The position numbers and the translations under genes are program-made. A DNA stretch of 64,000 nt, taken from Macrostomum hystrix. Taxonomy: Eukaryota > Animalia > Platyhelminthes. Shown here piece by piece: positions 37,001 through 48,290 of this stretch (within the stretch, counting starts at the first letter, position 1; each line of letters opens with the position of its first letter). The notes below the pieces were generated by a model. The model made no database searches, was not told the origin of the DNA, and saw only the letters and a program-made list of their open reading frames with translations. The stretch covers positions 28,706,001 to 28,770,000 of the forward strand of contig CATNEN010000038.1 in the NCBI GenBank assembly GCA_950097015.1. The letters are read 5' to 3'.

Positions 37001-40000
37001 TTCTTCACGTAGGAAGTCGCGATGGTGAGCGTTCGGTACTTTCTGCCCTTGCCGCACGACGTTCGCTTGACGGTCTTCGACTTCGGACATGTGACTGGGC
37101 ACGGGATGTGCTTGGCGATTCTGTGCTTCTTGCACAGCTTGCCCTGGCGAGTGTTCCAGGTGGTGATGACAGATCGGTAGCGCCTCTTTTTGCCGCACGT
37201 CGTGACCTTGACCTTCTTGATCGTGTCGCAGGGTGGAGGTGTCTCGCAACGTGTAGCCGAGCGGGTCACTCGCTTTGTGCACACCTGATGGCACAAAATC
37301 GGCCTCGTCTTTGTGCACACAATCTTGCCAGAGTAGAAGGTTGTGATGGTGTAGCGGAGCTTGGCTCCCTTTGTGCACCTCGTGAGGATGCGCTTTGACT
37401 TCGGACATTCACGTGGAGCTGGAATTGAAATGTTTACTTAGCCCATATTTTCCTGAGTATGGAAAGAAAATAATTAACCTGAAACTTGTCGGTGTGGCAG
37501 TGCTGTTTTAGTAAATGTATTAGTAACACTTACGGCAGAGCAAGCGGGCCTTTGTCTCTCGCTTGTAGACGATGCAAACACCGCGCACATTCTTGTAGTA
37601 CACCTGAATCTTGTACTTGTAGGCAGAGTGCTTATGGCACTTGGTCCAGTAGAACGGAGGCTGTTTGCAACGACGATCTGGCGGCTTGACTTCGCACTTC
37701 TTTCGGCTGCGCAGAACCTTCTTTTCACACCTCACAGTGCACTTGCCCTTGTGAACACACGAGCGACGGACAGTGTAAGTGACGATTGTCTTTACTGAGA
37801 ACCTGGCGTCCTTCACGCAAGGCTTGCGGATGATCTGAGTCTTTGGACACACCAGCGGGCACGGGTAGCGCTTGGTGGTCGTGTGCTTCTTGCAAATTCC
37901 GCCGACGGGACGATACTTGATTGTGATGAACTCTCGGAATCGACGCTTGCCGCCGCACTTGGTCGCGCGGATGTAGTCGCGCTTGCATTTGACGATTTTG
38001 CACGGATTCGACGATCGCTTGACCTTCTTGGTGCAGGTCTGGGTGCAGCGGGGAGGCAGAGACCGAGTGCACCTGATGCTCGACACGTAGAAGATGACAG
38101 TCTTTGTGCGATTGATCGCGCCGTTCTTGCACTCAGTGCGGATGGTCTTTGCAGCGGGGCACTTCCTTGGCGCTGCAACGACAGAAATTTTAAAGCATCT
38201 AGAATACACTAGAATCTGTTGACTTTTGATAAGGTACTCTTCAAACACAGACGAATTGTGCACTTACGGCATGGGAGCTTCTTGATGACCTTTCTGCTCT
38301 TGGGGACGCACTTCTTTCCGTTCCACTTGAAAGAGACCTGAGTGATCACGCGGAAGGCCCTGTGCTTCTTGCAATGACGAATGATTGTCTTGTCGGAGCA
38401 ATCCCTTTTGTAGACGCAACGCTTCCTTGGAGACGTCTTGTGCTTCTTCACGCAGATCGTCTTGCAAACCTTCTTTCCACCTGATGCCGGCTTTCCTTTG
38501 CCCATGTCTTGAAATTAGAAAGAAAATTTGTTTGAAAATTTGTTATTGAAGCTGTATTCTCTTGCGATTTTGTTTGTCTGATTTAGTCTTTCTTCGTAAA
38601 CAGTTCTCACCCTGGCAAACTTCGCGGGCAACGCTGCCAACAATGGAGTCGAGCTTGTTGAAGTCACCTGCACGCCAGAACCTTCCCCTGCTTGAGATGC
38701 CCTTCAGTTCGTCTCTGGAATCGATTTGATATGGTAGGACTACTCAATTACTGCTCAGTTTAGCTTGTTTGTGATGTAGATCGTAAATTTCGTATGCTAG
38801 CGATGCTTACGCTTCTCCCTTTGGAAGCTAGAAAAAGCCTATGCGAAGATGGGAATCAAAACTTACGGGTTTATCTTGTCAGTGACGCTCGGGTCAGGGT
38901 TATAGATTCCGACTGACACAAACCGAGCGCCTTTCTTCTTAAGAACGCTTGCTGATGCAATGGCGTCTCCCATTGTGCTCTTGCCGTCGGTGATGACAAC
39001 AACAACAAATGGCACGCCGGCTCTCCTCTTCGGGAAAATTTCGCTGTCGACAAGATCGATAGCTGCGTAGGTCATAGTGACGCCTTCTTCCCTTGGCAGC
39101 TTGGACATTGCGGCCAGGACTTGCGACTTGGTGTTGTACTTATCGAGGTTGAAAACCAGCTTCGGAGTAGTCGAAAAGGTAACCACGGCGACGCGGACGC
39201 CAGTTGGTGAGACGCCCATTTTGCGAACAATGTGCTGCACGAACTGCGATTCCTTTGCAAAGTCAGCATCATGAATGCTCGTCGAAGAGTCGAGAACAAA
39301 GACGAGATCGGCAACCTTGCTACAAGTGCGACTTGGAGGCACTATTAGGCCTGTGCACAGCTTCTTCTTCTCGAAGTAGTAGGTGGTGGTGTAAGAATAC
39401 AATCTCTTGTTGATGCACCGAGTGTGCACCTTGTACGGCTTCTTGCAGCCGTGTCCGCTGCCACCGCACTTAGCCTTGCCTATTAGTGTTTTGCGCGGCT
39501 TGCAAACCTTTCCTTTTGCAACGTAGCGGATACGGAAGGTCCTTTTGTAGCCCCCAATGCAGGGTGTTGTCGTTGTGCGAGGCTTCTCACAGGACTTACC
39601 TACGAATCGTATGGGTTCAAATGCTAAGGAAAATTTTCTATTTGTCGCGTGAAATTTTGAAAATTTGTAGTGGCTTACATGTCCGTTTTCGAATAATAAC
39701 TTTGGCTTTGTGACAGGTTCGAGACTCCTCTCCTTGGTAAACTGTGACGTAGCTTGTAACAAAGCCGCTTGTGCACGTCTTGCCAATAGTAACCTGCTGG
39801 AAACTTCGCTGTTCGCTTGTACAGCCACCGCATGGAATCAGACGAATCAGCCTGCCATAAACTCGTACGCAAGGTCCGTCAGCTTGCACTCTCGCCAGAT
39901 GTGTCCAGTACACGCCACGGTATCTACTTCCTTTGCGCAGACAGTCTCTCTCGACGTGGATGGTAGCACTGAGTGGACAGCGCTTAGTGAGGCAGCGTCT

Positions 40001-43000
40001 CTTTGTGATTTGCAGCCTTTGGTAACTGCACTTGCCCTTGCGCGATGCGAAGAAGCTCGAGTAGACTGTCTTCTGGCCACCAGTGCACTTCTTGCCGATG
40101 GTGATGCGAAAGATGCGAATCTGATGCTTGGAGCAGCCTCGGCACGGGATTTTGCGAACGATCTTCGTGCGGACTCGCTTGCAGCTGCCGCCGCTAGCGC
40201 TGTAGAAGCCCCAGTAAATTTTACGGTAACCAGACTTACTGCAGCTTTTTTCAATGGTTAGTCGGCGTTTGACACAGCGGACTAAAAAGGTGTGTTGGAT
40301 TTCGAATTGAAACTCATAAGAGGCAATGTTAATTTTCTAATAACTAAAGCAACTCTCGTGTTCCTTACTCTTGCGACAGGAAAGCTTCTTTTGAACCAGG
40401 CGTCTGCTGCATCGCCAAACGCACTTCTTGCGGCTGCAATCGTGAATCTTGGACGTGTGAATTCGTGTTACAATCCTCAGGAGCGTCTTCGGATCACATT
40501 TTCCAACGTGGACCTTTGTTCCCTCCTTGCAGATGATGGCTGCAAAGTAATAAGAGGATTAACACGATAAAGAAGGCTATTTGCACTGAAATATTTCCCC
40601 CATTTTACAAACAAATGTGAAATATTCTTACGTTTACTGCAGCGAAGCTTCTTGACCTGCTTGTATGGCATGCATGTGTTTCGAACCATCTTATAAAACT
40701 TCTCAGTTCGAGTTTTGAAGCCGGCGACACACTTGCTAACCAGCACTCGGCGATACTTCGGGCAGCGAATCTTTAGAGCGCCGTGAACAGCCGGTTGAGC
40801 AACAAAGCTGATGCGCATGCGCAGGACGTATTTCGCCGCGAACTTCAGCTTGATCCAGGTGCGGATGTGAATGTAAACAGTGCTAATGACCTGCAGCGAT
40901 GCGTCGGTGACGTCGGGTCCAACGCCAATCACAAGGATGGAGACACTCATCTCCTGCAGTCTGGCTGTCTCGACTTCCACACTGCGGCCGTAGTCCGAAT
41001 CACCGGCGGTGATGACAATCAGCATCTTGGCGCTCTGACCCGCCGATTCGGTCAGGACCTGCTCGCGCACCAGCAATAGGGCATCGCCGATTGCTCGATG
41101 CTTACCGGTGAGTAGCTTCAGACCGTTGATGGCCGAGATGACGGCTGCTTGGTTTGTGTATTTGGTCAGACGGAAGGCCAGGCTAGCCGTGCTGGAGAAC
41201 AGGACAACGGAGACTCGAACACTCTTGGCACCGATCTTCATCTTGCGGATCATAGAGAGGACGAATTCCTTCTCGTAGCGGAAGTGCAGCTCGCCCAGGT
41301 CCTCGGTGGCCTGCATAACTAGGATGAGCTCCATGGCCTGACTGGCGAAGCACTCGCTCTTCTCGCAGCCACACGACTTCCTTTTCACAATCTTGGTGAC
41401 TGGGTTGCACTTGTTTAGCACCTTCACGAAGCCGATTTCCATTGTCTGGCTGAAGCCGTGCTTGCAGGGTGTCTTGTACCTGACTGCCGCCGGACACTTC
41501 AGAACACTGCTCATTGTCATTTGCACTGCAACGAATAATCAAAAAATACCATATTAGAAAGGAGTAAACAAAGTAAATTGCGGTTGAGATAAACTACAGC
41601 GACGACTCACTCTTCCAGCGAATGTGCATGTGGATGAACGCGTCAACTACGAACTCCAGACTGGCGAACTTGGGCACCCACACGTACTTTCCACCTGTGG
41701 CACGGCTCTTCCAGAAGGCCCTGGATAGTTTTGTTTATCGGGTGATTTGTGCGCTTTAGTTTTCGGTATTTGAGTGCTTAACATAGAAATTTTCATTCTG
41801 CAGAAAACATGCCTTTTTTATAAGAAAGAACTACAAAATCTGCATTGCCACTCACTGAGAAACGTCGTAGCCAACCATAACAGGCAGGAACGTGACGCCC
41901 TTACTTCCCAGATAGTTCACCTCGTCAGCGACGCTACGTCCTGAGTTCGAATCCACGCTAGTAAGCACCATGATCAGCTTGCCACTGAATCGGCGTCCCC
42001 TCTTTAGCACGCGCTTCCTGTAGAAGTACAGAGCCTCACCAAGGGCCACATTGCCGGCGGCACTAGTGTAGCGAGTGCGTCGAATCTTAGAAATAATGCG
42101 GGCCTTTGACGTGTCGAAGTCGAATAGCATGTGCGGCTTCGTGCCGGCCACGATCATGTTGACGCGCACGTGGAAGCGAGCCACTCGAAGGCGGTTGACC
42201 AACTGGGCGGCGAACTTGCGCCAACGCTGGAAGTTCTTGCCGTCGACCACGAAGGTCAGATCGATGGTGGAAGTTCCAACGCAGATGCCTTTGCGACAGC
42301 CCGCGCGGAAGATACGCTTAGCGATGCGTTTTTTGGGGGCTGTGAATGAAGGAACAATAATAATGATAATAATATTATATAATAAAAATAATATAATAAT
42401 AATAGTGTTCATATTTGCTGAAGGGCGGTGGGCAATGGCACATCATTTAGTGACACTAGATCCTGAGCACACGCACATAGATACCATACGTGTGCACATC
42501 TGCCCTGACTTTCTCATCGTCAGGCAGTAAAATCTTTCACTGTGCCTTGGAGGTTGTCCCTCAAGGGCGTAAATTGCACGACAAGTCCCCCAAGCTTTCT
42601 CTATGCTGAATGTGGCCTCCCGGAAGAATCGAGCTCATGGACCTTGGTGCGAGAGGTAGACGCGTTAGCCGCTCTGATACTCACTACGTTAAATGGAGGG
42701 AGTAAAGGTAAATAAGTTAATAAAGGTTCTCTTTGTCGAGCCTGCTACTTAGTGGTTAATTATTAAGGGTTGGGATACATTGGCTTAACAACTCAAGGTT
42801 CGAACCTCCCATTAAAGAACATTTTCTGTTATTAAAAGCACGTTTTTTTCAATTAACCACCTAGCGAAGAGTTCGGGAGTTTGAATCTCACAGAATGCCA
42901 CAGTAATCCGGGATAGAAATTTTTATATCCCCCTTAGTCATGAGAATGATGTAAGCAACGGCTTTCTAATTATCTACTTTCTGCCATCTGTGAGTATGCT

Positions 43001-46000
43001 TGTTGATAAATTTTTGCATAAGAAGTCACTATTGTGAGACCTATCCCCCATGAGCCCTGCCCCATAAAATGCACCAACCAACAAGTCCTGCTTCTCATCG
43101 GCTAGTGTATGAGATGCAGAGCTTAAAGCAGGCTTCATTCGTATAAACTAATGCGCAAAGTCTCGGCCAGGAGTTTTTAGAAGTGAAGGCTTTGAAGTTC
43201 GCAATAGCAGTCGGAGTCTGGGCGGAGTTGGGGTTGGTTCCAAGCCCAGAGACAGTTGGCCCTCGTGGCACGAGGCACAGCACTATCCTAACTGAAACGA
43301 GCCAACCTTGCCGTGTAAGTCTCTATAGCTTTCCTATGCTCTGAGTTTTCAAATTATTTTTCTATTATTCTATTGTCCGTCTATTGTGCTCAACTGGATA
43401 ATTGAGCTTTGGCCTTTTAACCCAACCCTCCATCGCGCGCCAGCTACCGAAAGCCTATTCAAATATTCACGTGCGAGAGACGCTTTTGGAAGCCAACACG
43501 TGCTTTGACAGCCCCTGCTCGCTGCCTCTCTGTCTCACTCCTCCTGCCCCTGCTACTTCGCTTCATCAACCTAGATTCCATCGCCATCAAACAGCTGCAA
43601 TACCTGCCTCCTCTATTGTTCCATTATTCTACCGTTTCTGACTAGACTGGCCACAGAAAGCAGCAGAAATAAGAATTTATTATTATTATTCTAAATGCAA
43701 ACTAAGCGCGACAGTTGTGCGAGAGTCCAAACCCTTTCAGATGAGTGTAGCTTAATAGGGCCATCTAGAACACGAGAAAGAGCTGACACGCAACTCGTGG
43801 CACGTGTTCACCGACCCCGAAAGTCCGCTCTCTGCCGAGTGATAGCAATTGCAAAACTCTATTGCGTTTAAATTTAGTAAACAACAAGTCGATTCTGTTC
43901 TTTAAATCTTTAGACCTCTTCATCAAAACTTAAAGCAGACACACAAAAAGTATTTAATTATTTTCTTCCGCTTAACCAGTTCTACAAAATATTTCTCACT
44001 ATGTTTTCTTCTTTACGCCTTGAAGGTCGGGGGTTCGATTCCCGACTCTACTGGAACAATTTGCGTCCTGTAGCAAGACACTTAACTCTACATTGCTTCA
44101 GTTCACCCAGCTGTTAAATGGGTACCAGCATCAGCTGGGATAATTGAAGGTGGGTGTGGCGTCCCCCCAGTCCGTGGACTGAACAGCTGTACGCAGCCTT
44201 CAGATGCGCCGCGCATTAGCTGCGGCTGTGCTGTCGGCTGCACATCTGACCCAATTGGGGCAGGTGTAATCAATTATTATTATATTCTTTACGCGCATTG
44301 CATGGTTTGATAATTCATCGGCACTTCTGATTTGAGGGCTTAGGGAGTAAATCCCAACCAGAAGTAAAAATGGTACTCTTGATAATAATAACAATTATAC
44401 GAGCGCTCGTAATTAGTTTATTACAACTATTTCGCTAATCGGACACAAGGTGTGCAGCCATCAGCGCAGCCGCAGCTATTGCGTGCGTACGGGTGTTCAG
44501 TCCATGGACTGGGGGGGGCGCCACAACTACATTTAATAATCTCAGCTGATTATGTAGCCAATACCCATTAAGGACACTAATTGTTCCAGTGGAATCAGGA
44601 ATCGAACCCCGACACTCAGAGCCTAAAAACCCCTGTCGTTGAAAAGGACTCATGATTCTTACTTGTTTCATTATAACTAGCTCTAACATGGGTATCAGCA
44701 TCAGCAGCCTTTGGAAGGGCTGCGTAATCAATCTCCTTAGCTAATAGATTTAGCCAAACTAAAATCACAGTACTTTTGTATCGAATTGAAGCAAATCGGA
44801 GGGCTAATCACACATATTTACTACAGAAAATACGTGAACGCCCGAAGAGTTTTAGAAGAACGAAACCAGAGACTGACTCACGAGTTCTCTTCATCGCTAA
44901 GTCGTCCACGCCTTCATCTTCCGCTTCGATTTCGGCCACCGATTCAGCGGCCGCGGCGGCATCGTCCGTGTCGCCGAATGCGCCCGGGTTGCCGTCCAAC
45001 TCGATGGTCTCTGGCACCTCGATGGCGTCCTTCATGTCCTCCAGCATTTGCTATCGGGTGGGGAAAGATTGGTTTGTTAATATGTATTTCATTGATTTAA
45101 CTTGATATTTGTCTATAACAATAATAATAATAATAGTATATGTTGGAAGGCTCTGGGCCATGGCGCATCATCTGGTGACACAAGACCCGCAGACAGCGAG
45201 GAGGCAATTCTGCTCATTTAGCTGACTCCTGAGCAGACACACAGATACTATACGCATGCACACGCTCACACAGGTGTGTACATCTGCACTGAATTTCCCC
45301 TGAGGGCATAAATTGCATGACAAGCCCCCAAGCCTTCTCTCCGCTGATGCGCCCTAATGTAATGTTGTCTCGCAGCGGAATCGAGCTCAGGGACCTTGGC
45401 GCGACAGGAAAATACGTCATCCGCTTTGCCACTGACCCCCTTAATATTTGTCTATAGAAAACTCCTTGACCATGGACATCCGTCAAACAGTTTTTTAATT
45501 CATTAAAAATCTAAAGAACCAGCATTGTTGTTAGTCAGAATATGAACAAATTGGGCCTATCTGGCCAATTGGGTCACGCTGTGTACCACGATTTCAGTCC
45601 CTTACCTTCGCTACCCGAATTTCAACCTTAACTATTGTTGCTATGACCCATTTTAATTTAATTTAAGCGCTTTGTGACAGCAAAACAAGGTGATGTTAAC
45701 AAGAAAAAAATTATATACAAAAAATTTTTTGCCGGCCATGTTAGCAGATAATTTGTCCCCAAAACTCATGGTGAACCGTAATAGAAATAATCTTTAAACA
45801 TTGGTGTAAATTCCAGAATTTCGTGTACAACCTAAGAGTTTATGTAAATCTTGAAACCCGGCCTAACAATATAGGCGTCAAGCCAGTTAAAAAGTTCAAG
45901 TGAGTGCGAAAAAAATGAAAAAACATTCAAATCATGCAAACAACATTAAGCTCACACTACTCATACAATTAAGTAAATAAAAAGTGTAAAATCGTGGCTA

Positions 46001-46141
46001 CATGTATAAGCCAAAGCCGAATATACTCACCTCTGTCGTCTGCTCCGCAGTCACCTCATTGGTGGCAGCGCCGGCTGTCAGAACGCACACGAGCAGCAGC
46101 AGGAGGACCGCGCGGCTGCTCCTAGTAGCCGTCGACGGCAT
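28084..46141 (-). CDS. Giant secreted Lys/Arg/Cys-rich repeat protein with four VWA domains (~4066 aa, 26 exons)
   Basis: Exons 46141-46031, 45050-44882, 42339-41856, 41720-41611, 41525-40632, 40539-40369, 40281-39679, 39599-38867, 38714-38611, 38507-38268, 38172-37534, 37418-36816, 36721-36053, 35949-35317, 35222-34136, 33983-33880, 33776-33537, 33441-32803, 32687-32085, 31986-31762, 31664-31026, 30934-30332, 30237-29575, 29498-28869, 28789-28496, 28394-28084. All GT-AG with matching phases, 12201 nt. Signal peptide MPSTATRSSRAVLLLLLVCVLTAGA; VWA motifs such as DLVFVLDSSTS and VVVVITDG. Confidence 0.85.
29717..30937. repeat. Intragenic segmental duplicate of 36201-37421
   Basis: Offset 6484; exon and intron sequence almost identical. 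Confidence 0.9.
31018..31961. repeat. Intragenic duplicate of 32795-33736 (and 37526-38467)
   Basis: Offset about 1777; 639-nt exon, intron and next exon nearly identical. Confidence 0.9.
32094..34716. repeat. Intragenic segmental duplicate of 36825-39447
   Basis: Offset 4731; five exons and four introns essentially identical, including the VWA domain. Confidence 0.92.
33880..34584 (-). other. VWA domain 4 of the giant protein (intact MIDAS)
   Basis: ADLVFVLDSSTSI...RVAVVTFST...GVTMT...VVVVITDGKS. Confidence 0.9.
38611..39315 (-). other. VWA domain 3 of the giant protein (intact MIDAS), same sequence as VWA4
   Basis: Same translation as 33880-34584. Confidence 0.9.
40820..41335 (-). other. 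VWA domain 2 of the giant protein (degenerate MIDAS)
   Basis: MELILVMQATED...RVSVVLFSS...MLIVITAGDS...ILVIGVG. Confidence 0.85.
41611..42270 (-). other. VWA domain 1 of the giant protein (basic, degenerate MIDAS)
   Basis: IDLTFVVDG...RVNMIVAG...KLIMVLTS...FLPVMVG. Confidence 0.8.
42356..42686 (-). mobile_element. SINE family 1 copy (intronic)
   Basis: Family match; AT-rich tail ends just upstream of the acceptor at 42340. Confidence 0.8.
44018..44283 (+). mobile_element. 5'-truncated SINE family 2 copy (intronic)
   Basis: Near-identical to 21830-22095. Confidence 0.9.
44440..44612 (-). mobile_element. Degenerate SINE family 2 copy, inverted
   Basis: GTTCAGTCCATGGACTGGGGGG, ATTGTTCCAGTGGA and GGAATCGAACCCCGAC are the reverse complement of family 2. 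Confidence 0.75.
45118..45441 (-). mobile_element. SINE family 1 copy with internal deletion (intronic)
   Basis: Family match with an (ATA)n tail at the left end. Confidence 0.8.
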
Positions 46142-46367
46142 TGCCTGTGCTATGAAACTTTTCTCTAAATTAACAAATTCTTCTGTTGCTTCACTTTGAA
46201 CTATAGGCCTAATACCCTATAAACTGATAGTATTGTAGACGATTCGAAAATCTGTTTTGGATCAACTATTGGCACCCTTCTGTGTTTAGGACAATGCTTC
46301 GCTATAGCTCCGTTGTCGCAGATTTTTACTCTCTTTGCCCATCATCTTTTGTCGATTCGGCTGCCGC

Positions 46368-46374
46368 TTTTATA
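46368..46374 (-). promoter_or_regulatory. Candidate TATA box of the giant secreted protein gene
   Basis: TATAAAA on the minus strand about 230 nt upstream of the ATG at 46141. Confidence 0.45.
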
Positions 46375-47084
46375 ACTCACGCGAGCACACTCACACACAC
46401 GCACACGCTCAGTAAGCGACACGAGACATGCAGAGCGTGCCTATGAAATCATGCCTATTGTGCCTCGATGTAGCCTGCACCGCCTCTGAACCATTTGGCA
46501 TTGTGCCTCGCGGCTGGCTTCATGCAGAGAAAAATTCATGAAAATGGAGGGGATAGAGACCTCTCAGCCTCTCGTGCCAGTGCAATGAGACAAATAAAAT
46601 AATTCCAAAGTAACTAAAGCATTGCTTGGGACAATAGCAGGTTAGTCAGCTACTGCAGGTCTGCCCCCCATGACCCCAGAGACCCACCCTATTTTCTACA
46701 CCCGTCTTATCTTTTTGCTGCGGTTGCTTTTCAACACGTGTTGAGCAAAAATTCTAGAAACGTGCGTATCTTCGAGCTCGTAACTCTAAATAAACTAACA
46801 TTGTTAAATATGTAAATAACGAGTGAACTAGTAACTTTAGTCGAATAAAAAAATGACTAGACTAGACTAAAATTCCGACCTAGACTAAAAGAGCCTAAAA
46901 TTCTGTCGACGCATACTTTGAGCAGTCAGTTAAACTGCTACTCGATAAATTGGTATCAACTGCGTCAAACAAAGCACAATTAAAAAGTTATATTTGCTTT
47001 TTTTATAATCCGTTTTTGCTGCAAAAACTCTAGTGCATGTTAATAAGCGTCTTTAATTAGCGATGGCGCACAGAAACCAATCTA

Positions 47085-47405
47085 TGAGTGCCTCTAACGC
47101 GTTTGCCTATCACACCCGGGGCTCGATTCCACAGCGAGACCACATTAAATTGGGGCGCAACCGCGGAGAGAAGGCTTTGAGGCTTGTCGTGCAATTTGCG
47201 CCCTTGAGGGCCGATTTCCAAGGCACAGTGAGAGTGTACACTGCCTGACGATGATAAAGTCAGAGCAGATGTACACACCTGTGTGTGTGTGCTCAGGAGT
47301 CAGCGAAATGAACAGACTTGCCTCCTCGCTATCTGCACCAAGTGTCACTAAGTGATGTGCCATTGCCCGCAGCCCTCCTGCAATAATAATAATTATTATT
47401 ATTAT
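47085..47405 (+). mobile_element. SINE family 1 copy
   Basis: Family match with an (AAT)/(ATT)n tail. Confidence 0.85.
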
Positions 47406-47962
47406 TCTTTCTATTGTCAGTCCTGTCTAAGCTGCTGGACACCATCAATTTTACCGAGAAGTCCCTAGAATTTTAGAAACGTTTCGGAGAAATCTCGAGA
47501 CAGCTTTCTAAATAGCTGCGCAGGTAAACAAGTCTGAAGCGGGTACAAAAGGGTCATTGTGAAAGAAGGCGCCTTTCGGGCTTTAAGAGACCTCAATTTC
47601 AAATTTTCGGCAGGGTTTGTTTTTGTTACTATCTATTGTCTGCCACCGGCCCCAAGTTTGATGCAGCTTCAATTTTTCATCGTGGCGCACGTGTTTGCCT
47701 TGCCAAGACCGAATCTGTTTTGTTGTTCTCAAATTGTTTATTCGCGTGCGTGCGTCAGCCAGTGGCTTGAGCAGCACGTGCAGTCCCGGTGGCCAAGTAG
47801 ATTGCAGCTTCAATTTCTGAGCTTGTCAAGCCAAGCGAGGGAAAAATTTGGCTGAGGTAAAGTAGCAACAGAAGGAGAAACAAAAATAAACAAAATATTA
47901 GGAGGAGAAGAATAAAAAGGAAACTAGTAAGGCTAAGGCTATAAGAAAAGAGAGAGGGATCG

Positions 47963-48241
47963 AGAGAGGAGAGTAGAGGGAGCTGAGGCGTGGGGAGAGA
48001 GGAGAGTAGAGGGAGCTGAGGCGTGGGGAGAGAGGAGAGTAGAGGGAGCTGAGGCGTGGGGAGAGAGGAGAGTAGAGGGAGCTGAGGCGTGGGGAGAGAG
48101 GAGAGTAGAGGGAGCTGAGGCGTGGGGAGAGAGGAGAGTAGAGGGAGCTGAGGCGTGGGGAGAGAGGAGAGTAGAGGGAGCTGAGGCGTGGGGAGAGAGG
48201 AGAGTAGAGGGAGCTGAGGCGTGGGGAGAGAGGAGAGTAGG
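47963..48241. repeat. Purine-rich minisatellite, 33-bp unit (GAGAGAGGAGAGTAGAGGGAGCTGAGGCGTGGG)
   Basis: About 8 perfect tandem copies. Confidence 0.95.
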
Positions 48242-48290
48242 GACCTTGGTGCGAGATGCAAACTGGTGAGACCACTCTGCCATGCACCCA
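48239..48290 (-). mobile_element. SINE family 1 head fragment
   Basis: AGGGACCTTGGTGCGAGA...AGACCACTCTGCCA matches the reverse complement of the SINE head. Confidence 0.6.

Noticed and set aside
29807-41079. Many long plus-strand and alternative-frame ORFs overlapping the giant gene
   Set aside because: Shadow ORFs caused by strong C/G-ending codon bias; only the Cys/Lys frame has consistent splice phases
28084-46141. Assignment to known Mlig-ap1/ap2, mucin or collagen VI/matrilin genes
   Set aside because: No vWD, C8, C-type lectin, EGF or Gly-X-Y regions are visible, so no gene symbol is justified without a search
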